A stretch of 64,000 nucleotides of DNA from the NCBI RefSeq assembly GCF_009914755.1, contig NC_060929.1. One strand, written 5' to 3'. Every line of letters starts with the position of its first letter. Within the stretch, counting starts at the first letter, position 1. The stretch is from the human T2T-CHM13v2.0 reference genome, Homo sapiens. This document shows positions 47,112-64,000 of the stretch, piece by piece. The translations under genes and the position numbers were made by a program. The notes below the pieces were generated by a model that saw only the letters and a program-made list of their open reading frames with translations, ran no database searches and was not told where the DNA came from.

Positions 47112-48788
47112 TGAAAGATACACCCTATCTCTCACCATATACAATAATCAAATCAAGATGGATTAAACACTTAATTAAACCTAAGACCCCAAAATATGAA
47201 ATTATTACAAGAAAACATTAAGGAAAATCTCCAAGACAGTGGTCTGGGCAAAAATTTACTGAGTAATATCCCACAAGCTAGGCAACCAAAGCAAAAAATG
47301 GACAAATGGGATCACATCAAGTTAAAAAGCTTCTGCACAGCAAAGGAAACAATCAACAAAGTGAAGAGACAACCCACAGAACGGGAGAAAATATTTTCAA
47401 ACTATCCATCTGACAAAGGATTAATAACCAGAATATATAAAGAGCTCAAACAACTCTACAGGAAAAAAGTCTAATAACTGGATTAAAAAATAGGCAAAAG
47501 ATTTGAATAGACATTTCTCAAAAGAAGATATACAAGTGGCAGGCCAGGCGTGGTGGCTCATGCCTGTAATCCCAGCACTTTGGGAGGCCGAGGCGGGTGG
47601 ATCACGAGGTCAGGAGATCGAGACCATCCTGGCTAACACGGTGAAACCCTGTCTCTACTAAAAATACAAAAAAAATTAGCCGGGTGTGGTGGTGGGCCCC
47701 TGTAGTCCCAGCTACTCAGGAGGCTGAGGCAGGAGAATGGCGTGAACCTGGGAGGTGGAGCTTGCACTGAGCCGAGATGGTGGCACTGCACTCCAGCTTG
47801 GGTGACAGAGCAAGACTCCATCTCAAAAAAAAAAAAAAAAAAGAAGATATACAAATGGCAAACAGGCATACAAAAAGTTGTTCAATATAATTGATCATCA
47901 GAGAAATGCAAATCGAAACTACAATGAGATATCATCTCACCCCAGTTAAAATGGCTTATATCCAAAGGACAGAAAGTAACAAATGCTGGCAAAGATGTAG
48001 AGAAAAGGGAATCCTCATACACTGTTGGTGGGAATGTAAATTAGTACAGCCACTATGAAGAACAGTTTGGAGGTTCCTCAAAAACCTAAAAATAGAACTA
48101 CCATATGATCCAGCAATCCCTCTGCTAGGTATATACCCAAAATAAAAGAAATCATGTTATGGAAGAGATATCTGCACTCCCATGTTTATTGCAGTACTAT
48201 CCACAGTAGCCAGTTTGGAAGCAACCTAAGTGTCCATCAACAGAAGAATAAATAGAGAAAATCTGGTACATATACATAACAGAGTACTATTCAGCCATAA
48301 GAAAGAATGAGATCCTGCCATTTGCAACAACGTGGATGGAACTCGAGATCATTATGCTAAGCGAAATAAGCCAGGCACAGAGAGACAAACTTTGCATGTT
48401 TTCACTTATTTGTGGGAGCTAAAAATCAAAACAATTGAACTTATGGACATAGAGAGTAGAAGGATGGTTGCCAGAGGTTGGGAAGGTAGTTGGGGAGGGT
48501 GGGGGATGCGGGTAGGCTGGTTAATAGGTACCAAAAAAATAGAATGAACAAAACCTACTACCTGATACCACAGCAGGGTGGCTATAATCAATAATAATTT
48601 AATTATACATTTAAAATAACTAAAATAATATAATTGGATTATTTGTAATACAAAGGATACATGCTTGAGGGGTTGGATACCAAAATTCTCCATGATGTGA
48701 TTATTACACATTGCACACCTGTATCAAAACATCTCATATATCACATAAATATATATATCAACTATGTAAACACAAAAATTAAAAATAA
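47112..48788 (+). mobile_element. 5'-truncated L1MA (MA1-3-like), ORF2 C-terminus and 3'UTR
   Basis: ORF 47196..47474 contains [26 protein letters not shown]; L1MA-type 3'UTR. Confidence 0.88.
47542..47841 (+). mobile_element. AluY-like inserted in L1MA
   Basis: gagaccatcctggctaacacggtg and gaatggcgtgaacc; TSD aaaagaagatatacaa(g/a)tggca. Confidence 0.92.
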
Positions 48789-49147
48789 GGATGTGAGACA
48801 CATTCATCAAGGTAGAACATATGATAGACCATGAGGCATATTTCAATATTAGAAAGATTAAAATCAGAGTATATTATCTAATCACAATCCAAGAAGAAAT
48901 CACACACGAAAAATTTTTAACTGAAAATAAAAATACAGTATAATAAAATTTGTAAAATGCTGCTAGAGGGCATACAAAGAAATTTATAGCTGTTAAGTGC
49001 TAATTTTATGAAAGAAGAGATGTCCAAAATCAATGATTCAAACTTCTCTCTTAAAAACGTTTTTAAATAAAGGACAAATTAAACCCAAAGTAAGAACTAG
49101 TAAGGAAATAATAAGGAGTAGACAATGAAATAGAAAATGAGCAAACA

Positions 49148-49418
49148 GGCTAGGTGTGGTGGCTCGGGCCTGTAATCCCAGCACTTTGGGAGGCTGACGT
49201 GGAAGGACTGCTTAAGCTCAGGAGTTGGAGACCAGCCTGGGAAACATGGTGAAACCCCATATCTACCAAAAAAAAAAAAAATTTATATATATATGCAAAA
49301 ATACAAGAAAACAAAAATTAGCTGGGTGTGGTAGCACAAGGCTGCAGTGAGCCGAGATTGTGCCACTGCACTCCAGCCTGGGGGACAGAGCAAGACTGTC
49401 TCAAAAACAAAAAAAAAA
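49148..49418 (+). mobile_element. AluJ with an internal right-arm deletion and an expanded central A/T linker
   Basis: Junction gtggtagcac|aaggctgcagtgagccgag; TSD aaatgagcaaaca. Confidence 0.85.
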
Positions 49419-49566
49419 GGAAGGGAGGGAGGGAGGGAAGGAAGGAAGGGAGGGAGGGAGGGAGGGAAGGGAGGGAGGGAGGGAGGGAGGGAAGGAAGGG
49501 AGGGAGGGAAGGAAGGAAGGAAGGAAGGAAGGAAGGAAGGAAGGAAGGAAGGAAGAGAGGAAGGAA
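49419..49566 (+). repeat. (GGGA)n/(GGAA)n polypurine microsatellite
   Basis: About 150 nt of pure purine. Confidence 0.95.
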
Positions 49567-49604
49567 ATGAGCAAACAATAGAGAATATCAATGAAACCAA
49601 AAGG

Positions 49605-49909
<305 letters not shown>

Positions 49910-50321
49910 ACCAAAAGATGTTTTTTAAAAACAGAACAATAAAATCAATAAACCTATAGCTAGACTGATCAAGAAAAAGGGGAGAAAACAAATTGTACCT
50001 ATCAGGAATAAATGAGGGAATATAATTATTTACAGGCATTAAAAAACAATAACAGCGTATCACAAATGTTAATAAATTTGGCAATTCAGCTGAAATTGAG
50101 TAATACTTGAAAGACATAATTACAAAACAAGGACTCAGAAGATTTAGAAAATGTTATCCTATATCTAATAAAGAAATTAAATTTTTAATTAAAAATCTTC
50201 CCACAATAAAAATTCTAGGCTCCAATGACGTCATTGATGAATTCTAAAAATATTTAAAGAAAAAATAACATTAAATATACAAACTATTCCAAAAAATAGA
50301 AAAACCATTTTATTTTCTCTC

Positions 50322-52775
<2,454 letters not shown>

Positions 52776-52862
52776 TTGTGACTTAACCCATTTTATAAGA
52801 CAAACTTTATTCTGATACCAAAACTGGACAAAGGCATTAAAAGAAAATTACAAACCAACCAA

Positions 52863-54089
<1,227 letters not shown>

Positions 54090-55260
54090 CTAGAAGTATA
54101 AATCTTCTCCAGGAAAATATCCTCACAATCTTGAAATATGCAAAGCTTTTTTAGGACACAAAAAGCAAACCACAGAAGAAAAATTTTAAGTTACACTTCA
54201 TCAAAATTTTAAGTTTCTGCTTTTCATAAGGCAACAATTTAAAAAGTAAACAGGAAGCAACAGATGAGAAAATATCATGATATATACACATATATAAACT
54301 ATATATGTTTTATGTTATATATTACGGATAAATATATATGCTACATGTTATATATATAATGGATAAAAGTCTTTATCATATTTATATGTGTATATATACA
54401 CACATAATATACACATAAATATGATGAAGACTTTTATCCATAATACAGTTCAATAAGAAAAGAACAACCCAGTTTTTTAAAGTGGGAAAAGGATTTGAAC
54501 AGACACTTCAAAGAAGATATATGAGTTATGTATATGAAGCACATGAAAAGATGCTCACCATCACTAACTTCATTAAACACCATGCTACCAACCGTATCAT
54601 CCAAGAGAAATGAAAGCTTACATCAGTACAAATAGTTATGAACAGATGTGCATAATAGTTCTATTCATAATAGCACAAAACTAAAAACAACCAGAAAAGT
54701 GATATGTGATATGGATTACTATTCAGAAAAAAAGTGAACTACTGATAGACACAACAACACAGATGGCTCTCCAAAAACCTTATGCTCAGCGGAAATACCT
54801 AGACACAAAAGAGTACCCACTGAGTAATTCCACTTAAATGAAACTATAGAAAAGCAAGCCTAATCTATAGTGGTAAAAAGGAGATCCATGGTTGTCTGGG
54901 GATGGAGGAGTGGGGAGGAGGGTAGAAATTAACTGTAAAGGGGACTTTTTCAGGTAATAGAAATGTTCATATCTTGATTGTGGTGGTGGGACATGGTTAT
55001 ACACCTTTGCCAACGCTCACTGAACCATATACAGAATGGGTGCATTTTTAATGTATGTAAATTACATCTAAATAATGTTTTAAAATGTACTTATGGGAAA
55101 GCAAACTATTCTAGAAAATATTTCCTAATTCATTTTATAAAACTAACATTAAAACTCATCTCCTAACTAATCTACAGAGAGAATTCCTACGGTTGAGACA
55201 AGATACTGATATTTACTTCCTAAAGCAAGACCAATATATCCCTATAGCTTTCAATATAGC

Positions 55261-55559
55261 TTTTTTTTTTTTTTTTAAACAGGGTCTTGGCCTGTCACCC
55301 AGAATGGAGTGCGGTGGCATGATCACGATCATGGTTCACTACAGCCTTGATCTTCTGGGCTCAGCTATCCTCCCACCTCAGCCTCTCAAGTAGCTGGGAC
55401 TACGGTGCATGCCACCACACCTTGCTAATTTCTGTATTTTTTGTAGGGACAGAGTTTGGCCATGTTACCCAGGCTGGTCTCCAATGCCTGGGCTCAAGCA
55501 ATCCTCCACCTTGGCCTCTCAAAATGCTGGAATTACAGGCATGAGCCACAGTGTCTGAC
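55261..55559 (-). mobile_element. AluJ
   Basis: Diverged J-type reverse Alu. Confidence 0.88.
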
Positions 55560-56709
55560 TACAAATTGTAATACTTTAAAAATTCTCTCAATATTAGAGT
55601 TAAAGTTCACTCAATCATGATTAATAAATGAGTTAAGCCACACCTAAACAATGTATGATCTTAGAACTCATTTTGTGGAAAAAATCAGACATATACAATA
55701 GTAGAAACAGTGGCATAATGAACTGCCATAAACACATCATCAAGATAATAAAATTCAAGATGTTGCTATTCTTGTTTTCTCTTTCTTTTTTTCCTTTCTT
55801 TTAAAAGAAAATCCTGGACATCATGTCACTTCAGTCTCACATACTTCAATATGCATTCATAACCAAAAAATGAGTATTTTTAAGACCCCTTGTTAAGATT
55901 ATTTGTTTTTGTACAGTTTAGATACACTAGATAGCTTTCTCAATATACTAGATGTCTGGCTGAATTCTTGCCACCCCTCTTTGACATTATAATCTTTTCA
56001 ACTTATAAAATTCATGGCAACTACATAATTAATTTTTAAAATCTTTCAAAGAACATTCTTTCCTATAAGGTTTCATTAAGTGCCTTTGGCTTATAGCCTA
56101 TATTAAACCTAGACATGTCATTTAAATATAGTATAAACCTCAATTTTTCATTTGACAAGGAAATAAATTTCTTGTTTTCACAAAAGGATGGAGAGGATGG
56201 AGAGAAATAAAAGTGGTCACTAAGGCTTAGCCAAAGAAAATGTTATCTCACAGCTATTTTAAATAGATATTATATCCCTACACAAGTAAACACTGGGTGC
56301 AAAACCATATTCTACACAATTTAAAGAAAGGGAGAAAATATTCACACAGTCTAGTTACTCAGTAGGGGCTCTTCTCAGTAGTTTATGGTCAAATATTCTT
56401 CACTGTAATTAATCTCCTGATATCATCACGTCACTTAACATCCATCTCATAAAGGATACAAGTCACAAAAAATCAGTATACTTCACCTGAAAATATATTG
56501 GATATATTTACTATGGCTACTGCTTTGGTTCAGGAAGAATAGAGATCACTGTATTTTAATGATGACATGAATTGTGCCAGAGTTGACCGCTAAGTCCCTA
56601 AAGGCTAAACCCTAAGATCTTAAAAGAAAGTAAAGGGATCTTCACATATGAAACAAATTTTCCCTAATTGACCAAATAATAATTTGACATATTGAAAAAA
56701 ATAGTATGT

Positions 56710-57118
56710 TGATATAGTTTGGATGTTTGTTCCCTCTAAATCTCATATTGAAATGTGATCCCAAATACTGGAGGTGGGGCCTGGTGGGAGGTATTTGGGT
56801 AATGGGGGCAGATCCCTCATAATTGGCTTGGTGCCTTCCTGGGGAGAATGAATGAATTCTTGCTCTATGAGTTCACATGAGAGCTGGTTGTTTAAAAGAG
56901 CACAGCATCTCCCTTGCTCCCTCTCTTGCCATGTGGTGCACTGGCTCCTGCTTTGCCTTCCACCACAAGTGGAAGCTTCCTGAGTCCCTCACTAGAAGCA
57001 GATGCTGGCATTATGCTTCTCATACAGCCTGTATGCCTGTGAGCCAAATAAACCGCTTTTTAAAATGAGTTACTCAGACTTAGGTATTCCTTTAGAGCAA
57101 CACAAAACAGACTATATA
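56710..57118 (+). mobile_element. MaLR solo LTR, MSTB-like
   Basis: TGATATAGTTTGGATGTTTGTTCCCTCTAAATCTCAT...ggtattcctttagagcaacacaaaacagact. Confidence 0.85.
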
Positions 57119-59144
57119 TGCTAAACACATCTGCCCAGTTGTCTGGGGAAGGGGGATAGAAACATGGTGATAAACTGGACATGGGGAAAAACCTATTTTT
57201 TTTTTTGTCTGTCAAACAACATTTTTAAATGGAAGCATTTTTCTGGCTCTCAATCCAAGGATTTTGTGGAATTTTTTCCCCATTTTTAACACTCATACTT
57301 TCAAACAAGAGTTAACTGTGAAACAAAGTTACTCCAAGATACATAAAACTTCAGAGGTATATTCTATTTCTCTTTCACAATTTTTCTACATAAGGTACAA
57401 GCCATTCATTGTAGGAAGAATTGAAAGGATTTACCTATAAGGCCAACAACAACAACAAAATCTAGGAAACCTGGGAAGTTGCCCAATCAGAATCTTTATA
57501 AAAGATACAAAGAAAGATAAACCCTTACCTCAGCTATTTAAGTACGTACATACAAGAATGGAATGTGAAATGTGTGTGTTGACATTGACTAACTTGTGAC
57601 TACATAAGATAATAGTGTTTTCACATACACAGTGTTCACCCACTGTATGTTACTTTTCCTAACCTTCCAATTTAACTGAATCTAACAGAACCTAATAAAT
57701 TCAGTTTGATTGCATAAGAGTATGACAGTCATTAATTAGCCAGATTTTTAAGTGAATTAAAGATAAACTGCTTGGTTAAGGGGGGGCTTTTCCTTTTATT
57801 CACCTGATGTTTATTACAATGGAAAGTAGAATACCAATATTTTAAAGTCTTCATTAAGAGTGTAATACTGACTTTTCCTGTGTCTGAATCAAGCCGGGTT
57901 TGAAACTTGCTGTTTATTTAAATTTACACCTAAATCATATCAACTTGATAAAATTTGATTGCAATTTTGAAATAATGCAGCCGACTGACCCAATTTTACT
58001 CTCCACTTCAACAACAACAAAAAAGCTGAACTACAGATTTACCTCAGGAATTACCTCTGAGGTAAGTATATAAAAAACATTGATTTTTATTTGTTCTTTT
58101 TCCCCTATCTATGACGCCACCAAAAAAAGCAGAATATAAAACTTAAATTCTACAAATGTCAGGAGTTCTTGCAAGTAAGCTGGTTGTTTTAGCTAAAAAT
58201 GCTTGACTAACATTTTAAAGTTTTCTCTCATTTTTTGTTAGCAGATATAATTAGTCATTTGCTAAACGTCAACTGTTTCTGTTTTAGAAGAGCTTTCCTG
58301 CTAAAAAAAAAAAATCCTGTTAGTAAATTGGAAGCTCGTTTGTTTAGTTTTTACCTTTATAAAAGCATCAGAATCAGCTTAGAAATTGACTAATTGAGGC
58401 AAGTCATCTTTCAGTCAAATTTCAACACAAATGTTGAAATTTTAAAAAAAAAGTATTATCAAGCTTCTCTTCCTCCACATGAATAGGCTTTCATATTACT
58501 ACTGCCTGTTGTTTAAAATTTTAAAAATGGTATTTTTTGCATGGGTGGGGGCAGGGTACATAAGATAGTTTTTCCTTTGGCACAGGTTCACTTAAAACAA
58601 ACATTAAAACCTTCAGGTCCTCCTAGAAAGAAAGGAGGATGGTATTGTGTACTTCTTGCAGTTTTTTTTTTCTTTATCAATGACATACAAATGCACCTGA
58701 AAATACAAGTTACATAGCAATGTCTGCACAAACTTTATGCCTGGAAAAGGGATGCTGACAGCTGTATGAAGAGTGAAAACTAAAAATACATTTTATGGTA
58801 GTGACGTCAATGATTTTAAAATATATATGCATTGTCACTTGAGGAAAATAAAGATCATTTAAATAACTGGACTTTATAAGGAAACAGGTATTGAGGAGAC
58901 TGAACAAAAACTTAAATGTGGTGCATTCACCACTGAGGATACTACTCTTTGAATAACAAAGATTATCTAACAAGTCTCCAGTTCTTCAGGTGATTTATCC
59001 CAATACCCACAATAATAACATCATCTATTGGAATCAGACAAAAAGGTAGTAAAATAAGGTTCAGCACAGCCTTTCCATACAGTAGTTACAAGTTGCTCAA
59101 GAGCAGAGTTCTAAAATTTATTTTGATTTTCTTAAACTCACTCA

Positions 59145-59279
<135 letters not shown>

Positions 59280-61949
59280 TCAAGCCAAGGTGTTTCAGTC
59301 TTTAAAAGCCTATATTTATAAATGCCTGGATTCTTTTTAATAACCTCCATGCACAGAAGGAGCCGTTGGCAAAAGGTTAACTTTCTAGTCATTTGCAAAA
59401 TCACTGGGGGGAATTTCACTTTGCCGGCTAGACATTAATATTTTTTGAACTGCAGTCAGTGCTGGAAAATGTCTAGACTAGGGGTTAGATTTATAAATTT
59501 TACTTCTGGTAACTTGGGACCACCTAGTAACTTGAGCCAGAAGAGGGAATTCAAGAAAGCATTTCTATTTTAACATTCTTCAGGCTGTAGAAAGCAAAAT
59601 ATATCCACATTATTTTTCTAAAGAGATCTGTTTAAGTTTAGTGGGTTCATAAAAATATACAAGCAACTTTCTAGTTACCAAAAAAAGGGGGAATCCCAAA
59701 TTATTTTTTAAGTGATATTTTTATTAAAAAATAAAATGAATGATTCAAAAGATGGAAAGGAGAACTGTTAAAGATGGGAGGTTTTTGCATTTTTTTTAAT
59801 CTCAAATTAATCCTGACAGTGATGCAACAATTTCTTTTAGTATTTTAATAGGAGGAAAGTCATTCACACATTCAGTGTCGTTTTTCCTCTCTCCTATCCC
59901 TTACTTCAATGCATTAGAGTTTTACTAATAAAGCAAATACTATGGTGTTAATTCGCTGATTCCAGTGAAATGTTATGTTACTCAAGGTATTCTCCCCTTG
60001 GGGATTTTAGTATGTAGAAGTTTTAATATTTACTTTCAAATGAATATCATGCTGTGTGAAATACTACAGAACTTTAAAGCAGTGCTTAAAAAAAGAATTT
60101 TTGTGCAAAAGCAAAAATGTCATCTCTTATAAGGAAACAGATGCCAAATCATATTTCATGCACATAGAAACAAAAAGTTATTTAGAAGTTGAAGGGGAAG
60201 TAGGAAAAACATTTTTTATGGTCAGTAGTCTACTATCATCACCCAAACATTAATAATTACTTTCCCACCAAAAGTGATTTCGATTCAATTCAATGAATAT
60301 TTATTGAATACAGTAAGCAATGTTCTGTGCTAGGTATAATTTCCCAGCTGTACTAATTAGAAACAATAAATGGTATTCAATCCATATTTTTACTGACAAG
60401 AAAGCTCTAGAAGTTGTGTTTCTCTGTATTTTCTAATATGAGTATCAACAGCTACATTGGAACAGAGATGAGATTAATGCTGGATTTGCTAATAGATCGT
60501 TTGCTTTTCCTACTGTTTTATGCGAGACAGGCAAGAGTTGGGGAGGGAGTTGATTTCTGCCTCACAGAGTTATAAATACTGGTGATACCCCTGGGCTGCC
60601 CTTCCATTCATTAGAGGTATTGGGACCTGAAAAAGAGAATGTAAAAAGTGGAGCAGGATAACTTATTTTTTTGTTTCAGTTAATTTTTGGTTAATATTTA
60701 ATATTTGTTTAAATATTTAAAATATTTTAATGAATGTCATTTCCAATCTCCACTGAGAGAAAGAGACAGACACACACAGTGAATTTTACTTTTATTTTGA
60801 GAAAAATAAAATGAGAAGTAGAATAGGAAAATACCTGAAATATTTTTTTAAAAATTGCATTATATTATCTGGCTTTAAGTTATTTGGTTCAATGTGGCCT
60901 ATTATATGGGAAGAACAAAGCCACTCTGAATACTGTTTCTGTTTTGGCCTTTATGAAATGTATGTTTTTTCAAAAGAAAAGCAGAATTACTAAGAATAAT
61001 TATTGTTAAATTAATGTTTCTTACATTTCCCAAAATCTATTATTCCATGGGTTAGCTTTTGGGTTTTGTTGTTGTTGTGTCGTTTTTTGGTATGTGCCAT
61101 GTGGCTGTATTTTCAATTGAGAATTCTCAATGACTCCTCAAGGTGTATTTACAAGCACAGATTTACTTCTGCCATCTTATATAAAATTATTATCTCTGCT
61201 AGAACAACAACTTCAGAAAGAATATACTTGGAAAATTCCTACTTATTGAAATATAAAGCTAAATCTTAACTAAAATGAAAGTATTTTAAATGCTAATGTA
61301 TTTTCACAACCCCCCACAATTTTCTGTATACCTATAAAATTGAGACTGTCAAAATTCTTATGTGTGATTGTGTTAATGGCGATTTGATAACTATTTCGGT
61401 CATTTAGGTTTCCTCAGCTTGATGGCCACAGTTTGCACCCTTAAGCCTACTTAGCCATGTTACAATTGGTCATCAGAATTATTAAGCAAAAGACTATGGA
61501 AAAATCAGTATAAAAACCAATATGAAAGTGACTAGAATACAACTTAAAAAGTAATCTGCTCAATTCTGTACTGATAATATATTTTCCATAGATGAAGTTA
61601 AAACGTGTGTGTGTATATATACATATATATGCAGCTCATTCAGTTTTCACAAGAAGTAGTATAAAAACAATATACAAGTTTATAATTTGAAAAATAACTT
61701 ATATTGAGCTTGAAAGTGCATTGACACATACCTATTAATGTACTGATTCTATAAATTAATAAACTATCAAAGTTAGAACACATTATTTTGAGAAAAATAA
61801 AATGAGAAGTAGCATAGGAAAACACCTCAAATCTTTGCCAATAATGACAATCAAAGTACTAGGCAGTACTCAAAATACTTTATTTCTCAAAATACTTTAT
61901 TTATCAAAATAAAAGTAAAATTCACTGTATGTGTGTCTTACCAATGTCA

Positions 61950-61985
61950 TTAGGTTGGTGCAAAGTAATTTGCACCAATCTAATA
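61950..61985. mobile_element. Internally deleted MADE1/Hsmar1 remnant (TIR tips only)
   Basis: ttaggttggtgcaaa-gtaa-tttgcaccaatctaa-ta. Confidence 0.8.
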
Positions 61986-62054
61986 CAATGAAGAGCATAT
62001 GTAAATAACCTACCTTCAAAAAGCAGAATATATATATAGGGAGAGACAGTGAGG

Positions 62055-62055
<1 letters not shown>

Positions 62056-62110
<55 letters not shown>
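62056..62110. repeat. Compound (TA)14(GA)13 microsatellite
   Basis: Read directly from the sequence. Confidence 0.95.
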
Positions 62111-62111
<1 letters not shown>

Positions 62112-62379
62112 GTATATGTGCAAATGTGTGTATGTGTGTATATACACATTTCTTCAAATATAGATACACTAGAAAAATACTAGCTCTGGCTAATATGTGC
62201 ACCTGATTTGAGGTCTAGTGTCTATTATATCTAAAATTGACTGAACACTTAATAAATACTTAGAGAATCTGTGAACAGTAAATATGGGGGGTAAGTTTAA
62301 AAGAATAGGCAATTTCTACATTAAATAATACCAGTTCATTTTTATAAACCTCTTTACTAAATACATCTACATTTTTTTC

Positions 62380-62970
62380 CTTAAATGATTTTAACCATGT
62401 CCATGTAGCATAAGGGCAGATATTACTCCTACATCATAGATAACAAAATTGAGGAACAAAGAGCTTAAATACACTGTAAAAGTTAATGTACTGAAACTGT
62501 CAAAGCCAGTTGTTAGTTCCCAGTTCAGAGTCCCCTCTGTTGGATTATGTTGGTCTTGTTAGCTTAAAACACTACAAAGTAAATCTTTTTGATGTGAGCT
62601 CGCTCAGCAAAGAGAGCTCTGTCTCCATTATGCTTTTTAACTAGCAAGCTTCTCCATAGTTAATACTCAGCATTGGCTATTTGAGATTTCTTCTTCAGCC
62701 ATAAATCCTAAGGGAAATGGGTAGGAGAAGCCTGGGAAGTCAGGTAAAATTATCAAGAGAAATTTTAGTTTCCGAAGAGATATTTCACTGAACTTCCCAG
62801 GCAGTTGCATAACACTTTTCCTCCTACAACTACTTTAATTTGATCTTTGCAAAATGCTTGTGAGGTGCATAGGAATCAATTTCATAACTATTGTTTTACA
62901 GATAAGAAAATTGAGACTTGTCATAGAGAAACTAGAGAATTCATCTTCAGTTGTTTACCTTCTGAGTCTG
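62380..62970 (-). mobile_element. Two MIR remnants (about 62380-62550 and 62810-62970)
   Basis: gataacaaaattgaggaacaaagagcttaa; ttttacagataagaaaattgagact. Confidence 0.5.
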
Positions 62971-63763
62971 TAAAAAGTCTCTATGACCTTAAAAAATTGA
63001 GAAAAAAAGCTTCTGTCCTTTAAAATAACTTTAGTTGCTTAATAATTTAGACTACTGGAGAGCTACCTTTTTTGCCCATTTGTATTTGCAGTTAACTATG
63101 AAATTATGCTCTGTAACAATGTGTAATTTTTAAAATTCTAGAATACTACAAAAATGCTTTTAAAAAGACAAATGACCCTTAGGGAGCACAAGAAAGATAA
63201 TCCTGTCCTCTCTTTTCACCTGTGGCTATAATATTTTATAAGATTATTTTTTGTTGTTGTTGTTTGGGTAGTATAAAATTTCCAATACTATCTTAATTTA
63301 TGGGGCTATACTTTTTCCACAAAATTGTACCAAAAAAAGTATTGTTCTTGGTGCCTCTTCATTAAGTATCCTTAGTTGTGTTTTTTTTTTCTTTCCTTTT
63401 CTAGCCTGAAATTTCAAGATGTTGACTGCTTTCATTTACTCTCACAATCTTGGTATTTCTAGAAAATACATTACAGAGATAGATTATATGAACATGAGTG
63501 ATAACCTCGATTTATAATTCTTTAATGAATTTGAATCATATTCTAAGTTAATTTTAATAATCATTCCAGTTGTCAAAAAAGCCAATGAAATTTATATAAT
63601 ATTTATGATGGTAATAAATATTTGTTTCCTAGTAAATGACATATCCACAAAGGCTGGGTGTAACAGGTTTTAGGATTTCAGATGTACAGAAAGGAAAATG
63701 ACCAAATTAATAATAAAGATTAAAGTCATTGGTCCAAAAAGACAATCAGAACCATTCTACCTT

Positions 63764-63798
<35 letters not shown>

Positions 63799-63811
63799 AA
63801 AAAAAACTTAC

Positions 63812-63855
63812 CCAGTGTTCCACAGGGCTTATTTTTATAAGTGCAGATATCATAT
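63812..63855 (-). CDS. ADAMTS6: ADAMTS6 44-nt coding exon, (R)YDICTYKNKPCGTL(G), catalytic domain
   Basis: Minus strand reads ctccatag|A TAT GAT ATC TGC...ACA CTG G|gtaag; phase 2 to 1; the final G joins GC of the next exon to make Gly. Confidence 0.95.
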
Positions 63856-64000
63856 CTATGGAGAAAACAGAGATGAAATTTGTAATCTGATCAGATTTGT
63901 AACATATTTTTCTATATTCATCATACTTCTCTCCTGAAGTTGTCAGACCACAATTAATGCAATTATGAGCAATCAACTGGAGTGTCGGCATTTTCAGCAC

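Overview
This is primate, very probably human, genomic DNA: about 64 kb inside the ADAMTS6 gene, which runs on the minus strand. Five GT-AG coding exons (44, 106, 147, 142 and 108 nt; 63855 down to 3097) splice in frame to ...(R)[182 protein letters not shown]. This covers the C-terminal half of the reprolysin (M12B) catalytic domain with its HExxHxxGxxH zinc motif and Met-turn, then the disintegrin-like domain. The rest is AT-rich intron containing about 22 Alu or Alu-monomer copies, an 11.5-kb nested L1 stack, solo LTRs (MER4, LTR40, MSTA, MSTB), DNA transposons (MER1A, Charlie, MADE1), MIR/L2 remnants and microsatellites. Nearly all ORFs in the supplied track are repeat-derived or read in the wrong frame. 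I found no evidence for a new multi-gene system. The best leads are two candidate stop-containing cryptic exons, inverted Alus placed to drive circularisation or skipping, a U-tract after the 44-nt exon, a template-switch scar near 60.8-61.9 kb and several hairpins. Repeat subfamilies were called by eye and their boundaries are approximate.
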